From: Chiloscyllium plagiosum
Lineage: Eukaryota
DNA length: 64,000 bases
Direction: 5' to 3'
Assembly: GCF_004010195.1 (NCBI RefSeq)
Contig: NC_057755.1
Span: 11,187,928-11,251,927, forward strand
The position numbers and the translations under genes are program-made. Below, piece after piece: positions 11,030 to 24,465 of the stretch. Numbering within the stretch: position 1 is the stretch's first letter; each line of letters opens with the position of its first letter. The notes beneath the pieces are model-generated. The model worked only from the letters and a program-made list of their open reading frames with translations, was not told the origin of the DNA and searched no databases.

Positions 11030-12395
11030 GTTTTGCTCCTGTCCCGTTTGCAAGGGAGTAACTTTCATGTGATCTACATGTTTGTTTGGGACCGTCTCAC
11101 TTACCCAAACTATCTACATCACCGGACCTGACATAACATCAACTTCACCTCGTGCCCATGCAAGGCGATTTTTGTGGTTTCGACACCAAACTTCACCCCC
11201 TGAAGTAAACTATCTATCTCCCTTAGAGGAGGCATGTGGCTGGTATTGGTGTCCCTGATGCTGTTTCACCCTCGCCCTTGATCTGGGAGTATCAGGTTTA
11301 ACCTGGCGCAGAGTCTACTCTCCACCAGCAACTCTGCTGGAGCTATCCTTGTTGTTGTGTGAGGGGTGGTCCTACAGTCGAACAGGACCCTGGAGTGTTT
11401 GGTATCGAGTGAAGCTGTTGGCTGTTTGTTTAAACCTGCAATCGATATTTTGACTGTTCTTTCCACCAAAACATTGAGCAGTGGTTGTTATGGAGCCATA
11501 TAAATATGCTGAATGCCATTCGATGTCTGGAAATACTGGAAATCTCTGCTGGAAAATGACGTCCCATTGTCCGTGACCAGTACAACTGGTAGTCCCTGTT
11601 TTGCAAACGATGCTCATAACTATTTAATTATCATCTCTGAATCTGACAAATTAACTCTATGCCCACCCAACTACTTTGAATGAGGGTCAATACTGAGGGA
11701 GTGCCGCACTGTCAGAAGGTCAGTATTGAGAGAGTGCCGCACTGTTAGAGGGTCAGTACTGAGGGAGTGCCGCACTGTCAGAGGGTCAGTACTGAGGTAG
11801 TGCCGCAATATCACAGGGTCAATACTGAGGGTGTGCCACAATGTCAGAAGGTCAATATTGAGGGAGTGACGCACTGTCAGAGGGTCAGTACTGAGGGAGT
11901 GATGTACTGTCAGAGGGTCAGTACTGAGGAAGTGCCACACTGTCAGAGGGTCAGTACTGAGGAAGTGCCACACTGTCAGAGGGTTCGTACTGAGGGAGTG
12001 CTGCACTGTCAGAGGGTCAGTACTGAGGGAGTGCCACACTGTCAGAGGGTCAGTACTGAGGGAGTGCTGCACTGTTAGAACGTCAGGACTGAGGGAGTGC
12101 AGCATTGTAAGAGTGTCAGTACTGAGGGAGTGCCGCACTGTCAAGTGATCAGGACTAGGAATAACCTTGTTTGTTCTGACCTTGTTCTTCAGTCGGAGAC
12201 AGATAGAGGGAGCGGGATTGAAACTCACAGTGCGGGGGCTGTGTAACATCCTCCTGAGAGAAAAGAAGTGAGATTGTGTCATATATTCCCTCACATTAAT
12301 CATTATCATGGGTAGAGATCGCATAGCCTCAAAACCGAAGAGCTCCATGTCAACCTGGAATCAAGTCTGTAAAGAGTTACTGCCTATAAATGTGG
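11030..12395 (-). mobile_element. Decayed Gypsy/Ty3 LTR-retrotransposon pol (integrase region) remnant, interrupted by a minisatellite
   Basis: Minus-strand VERTVK...SRVLFDCRTTPHTTTRIAPAELL resembles the Gypsy integrase core end (YRTTPHSTTGxSPAELL). Frames are broken. Confidence 0.7.
11683..12143 (+). repeat. 33-bp minisatellite (GTCAGTACTGAGGGAGTGCCGCACTGTCAGAGG), about 14 units
   Basis: Tandem units, with 11-aa periodicity (TDPLTVRHSLS) in the ORF track. Confidence 0.95.
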
Positions 12396-12419
12396 GGATT
12401 GTCAGAGGGTCAGTACTCT

Positions 12420-12930
12420 CCTTACTTGAGAAATAATGTACTGGCACTAGAAGGGGTGCAGAGGAGGTTCACTAGGTTGATTCCAGTGTTGACGGAGTTG
12501 GCTTATGAGGAGAGGCTGAGTAGGTTGGGATTATATTCATTGGAATTTCAAATAATGAGTGAGTAATCTTATAGAAACATTTAAGATTATGAAGAGAATA
12601 GGTAAGAAAGAAGCCGAGAGGATGTTACTACTGGCGGGTGAATTAGGACAAGAGAGCTTAGCCTCAAAATGAGTGGGGACAGATTTAGCACTGAGTTGAG
12701 GAGGAACTTCTTCACCTAGAGGGTTGTGAATCCGTGGAATTCCCTGCACAGTGAAGTGGTTGAGGCTTCCTCGGTAAATGTTTTTAAAGCTAAGATAGAT
12801 AAATTTTTAAACAGTGAAGGAGTTAAGGGTTGCGGTCAGAGGGCGGGTAAGTTGAGCTGAGGGCACGAAAAGATAATCCATGATCTTATTAAATGGTGGA
12901 GCAGACTTGAAGAGCCAGATGGCCTACTCT
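12420..12930 (+). mobile_element. CR1-clade LINE 3' fragment
   Basis: LEGVQRRFTRLIP-like coding remnant plus a typical 3' UTR. Confidence 0.75.
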
Positions 12931-14723
12931 TGCTCCACGTTCTCATGCTCTAGAATGGAAACCCTACAGTGTAGAAGAGGCCATTTGGCCATCAAGGGCA
13001 CACTTACCTATTCTGACCCTCCTTGCCAATGCTATCCTCGCATTTCCATGGCCAACCCACCTAACCTTCATATACTTGGACGTTGTGGACTATTTAACAT
13101 AACCAATCCACCTAACCTGCATATCTTCGGACAGTGGGAGGAAACCCAGACACACAGGGTGAATGTGAAAAAAAAACTCTACATAGTCACCTAAGGCTGG
13201 AATTGAACACAGCTCCCTGGTTCTGTGAGGCAGCAATCCTAATCAGTGAGCCTCAGAATCACCCAAATCCTATGTCCTGTCACTAAGTCAATTCTGGATT
13301 CATCTTGCCAAGTTACCCTAGATCCCACGAGCTTTTAGCTTCTATATCAATTTCCCATGTGGAGCCTTGTCAAAGGCCTTACTGAAATCCATATAAATTA
13401 CATCAACTGATCGTCCCACACCTAGCCACCTCATCGAAAAACTCATTCAAATTTGTTCGAACATAGGAACATCAGAACATGGAGCAGGAGTAGGCCCTCT
13501 GGCCCTATGAGCATGCTCTGCCTGTGAATAAGATCATGGCTGACCTTTTTGTGGCCTCAGCTCCAATTACCCACCCTCTCACCATAAGCCTTAATTCCTT
13601 TACCGTTCAAAAATCTATCTTTCCATCAAGAGCATTCAACAAGATAGCCTCAACTGCTTCACTAGGCAGCGAATTCCACAGAATCACAACACTTTGGGTG
13701 AAGAAGTTCCTTCTCAACTCTCTCCTAAATTCTTTTCCCTCTTGTTTTGAGGCTATGCTCCCTTGGTCTAGTACACCCACGGAAACAGCCTCCTTGCTTC
13801 TATCTGATCTTTTCCCTTCATAATTTTATATGTTTCTGTTGTATGCCCCCTCACTGTTCTAAATCCCATACAGTACAATCTCAGTGTACTCAACCTCTCC
13901 TCATAAGCCAACCTTCTCAACTGCAGAATCAACCTAGTGACCCACTTCTGCACTCCCGGTCAGTGCCAATACATCCTTTCCCAAGTAAGGAGACCAAAAC
14001 TGTACATGGTACTCCAGGCACAATAAACTCCCTGTTTTTAAATTCTATCCCTCTAGGAATGAAGGACGATATTCCGATGGCCTTCTGAATTCCCTGCTGC
14101 ACCAGTAAAACAATGTTTTATGATTCATGAAGGAGACCCAGCATGCTGCAATTTTTCACCATTTAAATAATAGACATGACTTCCCTGAATTAAGGATCCC
14201 TCAAGCAATGCCGATATATTTCCCCGATTCCATACATTCAAGACCAGGTTGAAAGGGATCGACTTCAAATGAAAATGGAGTTGTGCAACATCCAACCCTT
14301 TACCTTGGTCTCCTGCTTTCTGCTGAGTCAGTAAATGATGTGACAACTGAGCGGACATCTCTCTCTCTCTCTCTCTCCTGGTCGACAAAATATTTCCATA
14401 GGACTTTGCAATAGAGGAGCAGAATTAAGCTATTTGGCCCTTGTAGTCCACTCTGCATTTTCGATCCTGACTGATATATTTTTCAAGCCAATTCTCCTGC
14501 CTTGATACACTCGATCCCCTCACTAATCAAGAAACTTGCTCCTATCTTTGACCCACACCTCCACGATGGGCTGAATGGCCGTCTTTTACTTTCCATCATT
14601 CTATGTTCCACAACTTCAGTTGTTGCAAGTGTTTCCTCTGTAAAATAATAATTTCCTCAAGTCACAGGTTGTACCATTCTAATAACTTACTCCCTACAGA
14701 GAGAATTCATTCCATTTTGATGC

Positions 14724-15258
14724 TGTCATGGAGGTGTAGGTGTGTACTGTACCTTTAAGAGAAATAGGAAGTCAGCAAGGACTGATTGAAAGCACAGAGA
14801 ATTTTGAACAAGGTATAAATGTAACGGTTGGCTGACCAAATAGCTGGAGTTGTCATGGAAAAAAAATCCAAACTCAGCCAATCAGTTTAAATTATGCTCC
14901 AGATTCCAAAAATCCAATCAAATTTGAATTTAGTGTTTTGATGACATGAAACCAGTAAAATGATCCGATGTTTTGGGGTATAAAACCAGACATTTTGAAC
15001 CATTAGGGGGAGAACTGTCAAGCACCAACAAGTATAGACTGCTAGCCAAACAGCTCTCTGAAACATAGCTGTCCAGAAGAAATGTTGTGCAGCAGAAGAG
15101 GCAACCCAGGAAAACCGAGAGGGGAATTTACAGAGGAAAATTGAAAAAGCTGACTGGTTTTGAAATGTGAATTTGTTTTTTTGTAAATCTTAATCAGGGT
15201 TTTTTTCTTAAAGAAAATGGACCAGTATTGTGAAGTAGGAGGTAAAAGATACGTTTAG
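14724..15258 (+). mobile_element. LTR-like element, truncated by a CR1 insertion
   Basis: Starts with TG, has CCAAT boxes and TATAAAA near 14978, and is homologous to an inverted copy at 63310-64000. No internal coding sequence seen. Confidence 0.55.
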
Positions 15259-15259
15259 A

Positions 15260-17790
15260 ATGAAAAACAAAGAAAATTTACAGCCCAGGAACAGCCTGTG
15301 CCGATCCAATCCACTGTCTAAACCTATTCTCCATTTCCTAAGAATCTGTATCTCTCTACTCTCCACCTAGTATTGCATCTGTCCAGGTGCACCTTAAACG
15401 AATCTACCTTGCCTGCCTCTACTACCTCTGCTGGCAATGTGTTTCAGGCACCTACCACCTTCTGCATAAAACACTTGCCGTGTTTTCACCTCTCACCTTA
15501 AATGCGTGACCTCTCGTTATTGAATCCCATACTTTGGGAAACAGCTCATCTCTATCAACCCTGTCTATACACTTCATGATTTTGTAAACCTCAATCAGGT
15601 TCCCCCCTCAATCTCCTTTATTCTAATGAAAAAAATCCGAACCTACTCAACATCTCTTCATAGCTAGCACCTTCCATACCAGGCAACATCCTCGTAAACC
15701 TTCTCTGCATCGTCTTCAAAGTGTCCACATCCTTTTGGTAATGTGGCGACCAAAACTATACACAGTATTCTAAATGCAGCCTAAACAAATTCTTGTACAA
15801 TTTTAACATGACCTGCCAGCTCTTGTACTCAATACCGCGTCCAAGGAAGGCAAGCATACCATATACCTTCTTGACCACTCTATCCACCTGTGCAGCCACC
15901 TTCAGGGTACAATGGACCCGAACTTCCAGATCTGTCTGCTTATCAACTTTTCCCAAGGCTGTTCTATTTTTGGAATAGTTTGCTCCAGAATTAGACTTCC
16001 CAAAATGCATCACCTCACAGTTGCTTGGATTAAACTCCACCTGCCACTTATCCTCACAATTCTCCAGTCTAACTATATTCCCCTGCATTCTTTTTCACTC
16101 CCCTAAGCTTTCTGCTTCTCCACCAATCTTCGTGTCATCTGTAAACGTACTGATAAGATCATTTATGTATATCACAAACAACAACGGTTTCAAAACTGAT
16201 CCTTGTGGAACACCACTGGTCAGCTTTCTCCATTTTGAGAAACTCCCTTCTACTACTACACTCTGTCTCCTATTGCTCAACCAGTTCTTTATCCACCTAG
16301 CTAGAATACCCTGCACACCATGTGACTTCACTTTCTCTATTAGTTTACCATGGGGAACCTTACCAAACGTCTTACTAAAGTTCATGTATCTGACAGCTAC
16401 AATCCTTCCTTCATCAATCAACTTGGTCGCTTCCTCAAAGAACTCTATTAAGTTGTAAGGCACGATCTCCCTGGCACAAAACCATGTTATCTATCATTGA
16501 TAAGTCCATTCTTTTCCAAATGTGAATAGATTTTATCCCTCAGTACATTCTTCTGCAACTTTCCCACCACTAATGTCAGGCTCACTGGTCTGTCGTTACC
16601 TGGAATATCCCTACGACCCTCTTGTACAGGAAGATGACATGAGCAACCCTCCAGTTCTGTGAAACTTCACCTGTGTTTAAGGATGCTACAAAGATATCTG
16701 GCAGGTATTTCCTCTCTCGACTCCCTCAGCAACATGGGATAGATCCTATCCAGTCTTGGGGATTTGTCCACCTTAATATAATTTAGCCTACCCAACACAT
16801 CTTCCCTACTTATGTCAACGTGATCCAGAGTGAACAAACTTCTATGGCTAATCTCACCATTCGTCATGTCCCTCTCCTCAGTGAACAATGATGTTCAGTA
16901 ATCATTGAGAATTGCACCCATTTTCTCAGGTTCGACACACAACTTTCCTTTCTTATCGCTTAGCGGACAAACACTTTCTCTAGTTACCCTCTTGCTTCTT
17001 ATATTTGAATAAAAGTCCTTGGGATTCTCCTTAATTCTTCTCGCTAAATTTATTTCATATAGTTATTTTATAAAGTTATCTTTAGCCCGCTTGATTCCTT
17101 GTTTAAGATTGGTCCTTCCCTCTCGTTATTCCTCCATGGCCCATTCTGTTCTTAGCTGCCTGAACCTTATGTATGCTTCCTTTTTCCTCTTGGCTAGTTG
17201 CACAATTTCTCCTGTAATCCATGGTTCATGAATCTTGCCTTTCCTATTCCGTTTTTATTTTCAAAGGGACATGCCTACCCTGCACTCTCTTCATCCTATC
17301 TTTGAAAGCCTCCCACCTATCAAATGTGGACTTTCCTACAAATAGCGGCCTCCAATCCACATTTCCCAACTCCTGCTGAACTTTGATATAATTGGCCTTG
17401 GTGCAGTTTAGTACTCTTCACTTAGGACCACTTTCATCTTTGTCTACGAGTATTCCAAAACTTAAAGAATTGTGGTCACTATTCCCAAAGAAATCCGTAC
17501 ACAACTTCAACCACCTGGCCTGACCTATTCCCCAACACCAGGTCCAATATGGCCCCTTCCCTTGTCGTACTATTGGCATACTGCTCTATAAATTATGCCT
17601 GGGCATTCCTTACAAAGTCTGCCCCATCCAGGCCTCTGACACTAAGTGTATCCCAGTCAATGTTGGGAAAATTAATATCTCCCATCACCACCACCCTATT
17701 GCCTCTACATCTTTCCATAATCTGTTTACCAATTTGTTCTTCTACCTCATGCTCTCTTTTTGGAGACCTGTAATGCCCACCAATATAACT
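15260..17790 (-). mobile_element. CR1-clade LINE ORF2 (endonuclease end, RT, 3' tail), decayed
   Basis: NLIEFFEE, KVPHGKL, SGVPQGSVL, LFVIYINDL, FTDDTKIGG and HLEYCV in the minus-strand ORFs. Tail matches the 49428-50048 family. Confidence 0.92.
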
Positions 17791-18940
17791 GCATCCAAGA
17801 CATTGAATATATTTAGAACGGAGATATATCGTTTCTTGTTGATTTAGGCAAGCAAGGGTTGTTGAGGGGAAGGCGGACGAATGGGGTTGAGAAACGTACC
17901 AGCCATGACTGAATGGTGGAGCAGACTCAATGGGCTGAATGGTCTAAATGTGTTCCTATATCTTATGGTCTTACTGTCTTGTTGACTGTAGCGATTGGAG
18001 AAGGCAGCTTACTGTCTCAGGGACACTTCGGCAAATGCACTAAAGGCTAGGAGGTTTATCGTGTGGAGTCTTCTGTTCCAGTTGGAGGAGATGTGTCACT
18101 GAGTTGCTCGGAATTGTGGAACTATTTTCAGAATTGGAATTTAGGATAACCTGCAATCCATAGTCAGAATAATTAATGACAGAATTAATCTCCCCAAGTC
18201 ATGAATCAAGCTCTGAGTCTTTGGAACGTTCTGTCACACAGAGCTGGAGGGGCAGAGCGCTTGTGTATGTTCAAGGCTGAGATTGCTAGATTCTTCATCA
18301 ATCGGGGAATACACGGTTGTGGGGAAGGCAAGTTCAACGGACTGCTCAATTCCTCATGGATGATCCGGTGGGAATTCGGATGCTGCATTCTAGCTACAAA
18401 CAGGTTGTTGCATTGGCTGATCAGGCATGATCCTACTGAACAAAGGGGCAGACTGGCGGGACTGAATGGCCTACACCTGTTCCTATTGCTTACGGTCTTA
18501 CAGTCTAAATGCAACAAAGGCTGGTCAGTGACAGCTGTGTGAGAGAGTCTGGAATATCTGGAATGTAATGGCTGACCAGTCACTTAGGGCTGGTCTGAAA
18601 TAATATGTGATCCAGAGCTGAAACAGATCGTGTCCAATGCAACAACCTGTTTGTAGCCAAAATGCAGCATCCAAATTCCCATTGGACCATGCATGAGGAA
18701 CTGAGAAGTCTGTAGAACTCTCCAAGCGAAAATCCAAAATTCACCTCATCACAAAAGGGACACAGCTCGATGGTGTCATGTGTTTGTTCAAAATACTGTG
18801 GAGAATTCACATGTTGCAACCACCAATTCCCGTGGCACTCCCACTGTGTTTAAATGGAAGATTCTGGAAAAGTACACCCACAGAGCTTCATCCAGAGAAA
18901 TCACCAGCATCGCATTGTGACAGGATAATTCAAACAGAAA

Positions 18941-19007
18941 ATGCAGGAAATATTTAAAATCGTCGACAAAATATTCTACTTGATTCTTGCGGTTGTCGGT
19001 GTGCCTG
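18941..19007 (+). CDS. Exon 1 of GPR139/142-like orphan GPCR (gene A): MQEIFKIVDKIFYLILAVVGVP plus 1 nt
   Basis: ATG in AAAATG context with an in-frame upstream TAA (18926-18928). Encodes a hydrophobic first half of TM1 and ends at a G|GTGAGT phase-1 donor. Splices in frame to 25090, giving VP-V-NVLAIVIL. Too short to appear in the ORF track. Confidence 0.85.
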
Positions 19008-19374
19008 GTGAGTAATTATAACCACTGGAGTTGTGGGAGGGAGCTGTTTCTGTTCGATGGCTGGTCAATATTTTATCCCCATGTTCTGGTCACCAATATC
19101 TAAATACCTGATCAACGTTATCATCAAGTCAAAAGTTTTCAATTAGCTTGGCAGTTTTGTTTTATTTTCTCAAATAAGAATCAAAGGAAAAAAAACTGAA
19201 ATTTACAGCTGACCTTATAGAGACCTCACTATTTGAGTTACTGACTGCTGGGAGTGGTGGGATTTCTTTGAATAGCTCAGTGTTTAAGATTTATAAAATT
19301 TATAAATCTTGATTTTTTTTTTGGAAATCGATAAAAGTGAGTAGAGTGACGGTTTTAAAAATGTTATAATGAGA

Positions 19375-20205
19375 TCTGTCATAAATTCATAGAGCACTGA
19401 AACAGGCCCTTCAGTCCATCTCGTTCATGCCAATCAGATTTCCTAAACTAAACCTGTCCAATTTGCCAGCATTTTGCACGTATCCCTGAAAAACCTTCCT
19501 ATTCATATACCATCCAGATGCGTTTTAAATGCTATAACTGTACCAGACTCCAACACTTCCTCTGGCAACTCATTCCATACATGCACCACACTCTGCAATC
19601 AAATGTTCTCCCTTTTTCACTTTTAAATCTTTCGCCCCTCACCTGAAAGCGATGCCCTGTAGTTCTGGACTACTCCATCTTGGAAAAAAAAAGACCTATC
19701 TGTTTATCCTGTCCATGCCCCTCATGATTTTTTAAACCTCTTTAAAATCACCTCTCATCCTCCGACGCTCCAGGGAAAGCGGTCCCAGCTTATTCAACCT
19801 CTTCCTATATGTCAAAACCTCCATCCCTGGCAACATCTTTGTCAATCTTTATTGAATGCTTCTCGTTTCACAACATCCTTCTGAAGGAGACGAGAGTTGC
19901 ATGCAATATTCCAACAGTGGCCTAACTAATGTTGTGTACAGCCACAACATGACCTCCCAACTCCTATACTCAATGCTTGGACCAATAAAGGTAAGCATAC
20001 CAAACACTTTCTTCGCTGTCCTATCTACCCGTGACTCTACTTTCAGGGACACATGAAACTGCACCCTAGTGTCTCTTTATTCCGTAATACTCACCAGGAA
20101 CTGACCATTAAGTTTATACGCCGTATCCTGATTTGCCTTTCCAAAAATGAGCACCTCACGTTTACCTAAACTAAACTCCATCTGCCACTCCATGGCCCAT
20201 TGGTT
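19375..20205 (-). mobile_element. CR1-clade LINE 3' fragment in gene A intron
   Basis: LYTTLVRPLLEYCMQ motif and CR1 3' UTR. Confidence 0.85.
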
Positions 20206-20224
20206 CCCACTGGCTTAAATTACT

Positions 20225-23200
20225 TTACTACAAAATGTATGTATTAAGTTATTCTAGAGCAGTGTTTTCCGAATGGTAAGGCTGTGCTGATGTCTGGGTC
20301 TGTCGATTAAGGAGCTGAGATGTTCTTGAGTGAAGTGATGTGCTCTTCCTATCACACGTGGGAGATGAGCAAGAATCTCCATATTCCTGATGATTATACT
20401 GCAGGAATTGTCTATGGTTGGGAACCCTAACAGATCACATGGAAGGATTAGAGCAGCAGTTAAAAGCAGTGGGAAATTTACAGAAGGTCTGGAATGAGAT
20501 GGATAGCTGTTATAGGAAGGGAGAAAAACCATAGATAAAGTCAGATAATGGATTGCCTCCAGGAAAGTAGAAGAAGGAAGCAGTTAATGTAGAATCTTTT
20601 GTTGCCATTCCGATCTCAAACAAGGATGTTGTTTTGGAAAATATAGGGGCTGATGGACTCTCAAGGTAATGTAACATGAACCGCCAATTTTCTGGCACTG
20701 AGACTGGCTCTAATGTAACAATGTATATGTCAGGCTCCAATCAATCGATTGTGACAGGAGAATCTCTATTCAGAGGAACAAACAGACGGTTCTGCTGCTG
20801 ACAGTGAGAAATCAGAATGGTATGCTGCCTTCCTGGTATCATGATCAAGGATATCTCGGAGAGGATGCAGAATGTTCTCAAAGGGGAGAGGGACCAGCAG
20901 ATGGTCATTGAAAAGACTGGAACTAAAAAGGTAGGAAAAGAATGGGAGAGGATCTGAACAGCGAATATAGGAAACAAAACAGGAGGTTAGTAGTAACTGG
21001 ATTAATCCTGGTGCCGTGTGCTAGTGAGAGGAGGAATAGGAAGGGAGAACAGATGTATGTGTGACTGAGGGGTTGATACAGGGGACAGGAATTCACATTT
21101 CTGAATCATTGCAATCAATTCTGGAGTAGAAGGGAGCAGTATAAGAAGGATGGGGTGCACCTGAATTGGAAGGGTGTCAGTATCCTTGCAGGGAGTTGTG
21201 CTGATGCCACTGAAGAGGGTTTAAACAAGTCCGCAGGTGGGGTTGGTCCCAGGGAGGTAGTGAGAAAAGGGAGAAGTCATATCCATTCTGTCAGAGGTCT
21301 CATGACACCAGGTTATAGTCCAACAGGTTTATTTGAAATCACAAGCTTTCAGAGTGGTGCTTCTTTGTCAGGTGAAAGGTCAAGATTAATTTAGGATACC
21401 TGGTCTGCATGGACAAGTTGGATCAACAGATCTGTTTCTGTGCTGTACACCTCTACAACTGCAAATTGTCAAGGCAGTCAAGAGCAAGGCAGAGAACAAG
21501 GTCAGACTGATTAATTAAACTGCATTTATTTGAATTCAAGATGCCTGACAGGCAAGGCAGATGAACTCAGGGAATGGTTGGGAACATGGGGGTGGGATAT
21601 CACGCCAATTACAGAGACGTGGTTCAGGGATTGACTGGACTGAAAGCTTAATGTTCTCAGGGCAGAGATGTGAAAGGAAGGATAGAAAGTTGGAGGGGGG
21701 GGGGCGCAGAGAGGAGGGGCAGTGGCGTTTTAGGTTTGGGATAACATCATGGCTGTACTTAGGAAGGATAATCTTGGGGGGGTGTTATTTCAGTGGAACT
21801 GAGAAGTAAGCAAGTGATGATCGCATTGTTGTGATGTACTATAGAACCCTCCCCCAATAGTCAGAGGGAAATTGAGAAATGAATTTGTGAGGGTATTGCA
21901 GTTATCTGTAAGACTGATAGAGCTGTAATTTGAGGGGATTCTAACTTTACACAAGACAAGCACATAGATTGGGACTGTCAAGAGTTTGGATAGTGAGGAA
22001 TTTAAGTGAGAATGAGGAAATTTCCTCATTCAGTATGTGGATGCACTTTTTAGAGAAGGAGCAAACCTTGATGTACTCTTGGCCATAGCAAGCGATTGAA
22101 GTGACAGTGGAGCAGCATTTTGGAGCCAGTGATCATAACTTATGGAAAAGACCTTGTCGAAAAGTTGAAGTTCTAAATTGGAGGAGAGCCAATTTTGATG
22201 ATATTAGGCACGAACTTTCAAAAGTCTACTGGGAGAGGCTATTCCCAGGTAAAGACACGATTGGAAAGTGGGAGGGTTCAAAAATGAGATAATGATAGCC
22301 CCGGAGCACTATGTTCATATTAGTGTGAAGGGGAAAGCTGGGAATTGTGGATGGCTAGAGAAATTGGGGCTCCGGTCAGGAAAAAAAAAGATGACTTATG
22401 GCAGTTATAAATATTGAGATTGAGGAACTCCATCCAGGAGGCTGAGGGCAGTAGGAGTTCACACAAAAGGGAACTCAGGAAGGCAAAAGGGGGCCATGAG
22501 GTAGCTTTCGCAAATAGGGTTAAGGGGAATCAAAAGAGACAGTACAAATACACTAAGGGCAAAAGGTAACGAGGGAGAAAATCGGGATTACTTAAAGATC
22601 AAAAAGGCTGCCTATGTGTACAACCACAGGAGTTAGGTGAGATATAAACTGAGTATTTCCATTCAGTATTCATGGTGGAGAAGGATATGGAAGCTAGAGC
22701 ACTTGGAGAAATATGCAGTGAGATCTTGACAAGTGGGAGCAAGTAAGGACTGCAGATGCTGGAGATCAGAGTCAGGAGTGTGGTGCTGGAAAAGCACAGC
22801 AGGTCAGACAGCATCCAAGGAGCAGGAGAATCGACTTTTCAGGCATAAGGACGTGCTTGTCTTGATAATCTAAATATCTTGACAAGTGTCCATTTTACAG
22901 AGGTGGAGGTGCTGGATGTCTTAAAGCACATCAAGTTGGATAAATCGCCTAGACCTGATCAGATGTGCATGAGAACTCTGTGGGAAGCTAGGGAAGTGAT
23001 TGATGGGCTCTTTGCTGAGATAGTTGTATCATCGATAGTCACAGGTGAGTGCCGGAAGACTGGAGTTTGGCTAACATGGTGCTGTTATTTAAGAAATGGG
23101 GTAAGGAAAAGCCAGGGAACTATAGACGGGTGAGCATGCTGTCAATAGTGGTATGTTGTTGCAGAGGATTCAGATTGAGAGGATTTACATGCATTTGAAA

Positions 23201-23410
23201 AGACAAAGACTAATTAGGAATAATCAACAGCATGGGACATTGTGTCTCACTAACTTGATTGAGTTTTTTTGAAGAAATGCTAAAAAAGATTGATGAAAGC
23301 AGAGTGCTGAACATTGTCTCTACAGGCGTCAGCAATACGTTTCACGCGGTGGACTCGTTAGCAAGGTTAGGTCACATAGAATCCAGGTAGAGCTAGCCAT
23401 TTGGATACAC
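20225..23410 (+). mobile_element. Decayed CR1-clade LINE (ORF1 esterase-like, endonuclease, start of RT) in gene A intron
   Basis: CCLPG and DGVHLNWKG ORF1 remnants, GASDHN endonuclease motif and LDKSPRPD linker. Confidence 0.85.
22736..22875 (-). mobile_element. Short solo PLE-end insertion within CR1
   Basis: Homologous to the PLE ends at 6212 and 8100. Exact 13-bp TSD ATCTTGACAAGTG at 22723-22735 and 22876-22888. Confidence 0.8.
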
Positions 23411-23416
23411 CCAGTC

Positions 23417-23668
23417 TCACCGCTGTAACGCTGCATTTTCCATGGCTAACCCAACTAGCCTACATATCCGTGCAACACTATTGGGCAATTTAGCATGGCC
23501 AATCCACCTGACCTGCACATCCTTTGACTGTGGGAGGAACCAAGAGCTCCCAGAGGAAACCCACACAGATACAGGGAGAATGTGCAAACTCCACACAGAT
23601 AGTTGCCTGACGGTGGAGTTGAACCCAGGTCGATGGTACTGTGAGGCAGCAGTGCCAACCACTGAGCT
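23417..23668 (-). mobile_element. tRNA-derived V-SINE (HE1-like)
   Basis: Reverse complement of the 30201 element, with the V-domain-like TGTGTGGAGTTTGCACATTCTCCC. Confidence 0.85.
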
Positions 23669-24158
23669 ACTGTTCTGTATTTAATCTTACTAACTAGTCT
23701 ACCATGCATAACCTTGACAACGGCTTTCCTAAGTAAAAAGCATCTACTGCTCTGCCCTCATCAATCTTCTTGATTACTAGCTCAAAAGAAAACTCAGTCA
23801 AGTCTGTGAAATATGATTTCCCTCACATGAAATGCTGCCATATTGGATGTGCTCATGAGCAGTATTCAAAATGTAGATGATTTTATTAAGTATTTCGATG
23901 GACTCAAAGTAACACAGTTTTTAATTTGTATTTTAACTGTAATCTAAGAATAAAGTGTGTTTTCCTTAAGGCCTGATGGTTTGACCAATTGAGTCACATC
24001 TGGAACACAGCACCTCGTACTTACATTTACAACATAGAACATAGACCATTCCAGAGCAGTGCAGGCCCTTTGGCCCTCGATGTTGTGTCGACCTGTGAAA
24101 CCAATCTGAAGCCCATCTAACCAACATAATTCCATTTCCGTCCATAGGACTATCCAAT

Positions 24159-24465
24159 GGCATGGTGGTTTAGTGGTTATCACTGGTGCTTTTCAGCACC
24201 AGCGTCCCAGGTTCGATTCTTGCCTCAGGCAACTGTCTGTGTGGAGTTTGCACATTCTCCCCGTGTCAGCGTGGGTTTCCTCCGGGTACTCTGGTTTCCT
24301 CACACAATCCAACGATGTGCAGGTCAGGTGAATTGGTCATGCTAAATTGCCCATGGTGGTAGGTGGAGAGAAATGGGCATGGATGGGTGACTCTTTGGAG
24401 GGTCAGTGTGGACGAGTTGGGCTGAAGGGCCTGGTTCCACACTGTAGGGAATCTAATCTAAACTA
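24159..24465 (+). mobile_element. V-SINE (HE1-like) nested in a minus-strand CR1 3' fragment (about 24030-24920)
   Basis: A/B-box-like head (GGTTCGATTC), V-domain and CR1-like tail ending in AATCT repeats. Confidence 0.85.

Noticed and set aside
11671..12348. 225-aa repeat ORF or CRISPR-like 33-bp array
   Set aside because: Contiguous tandem units with no unique spacers, no cas genes and a eukaryotic context.
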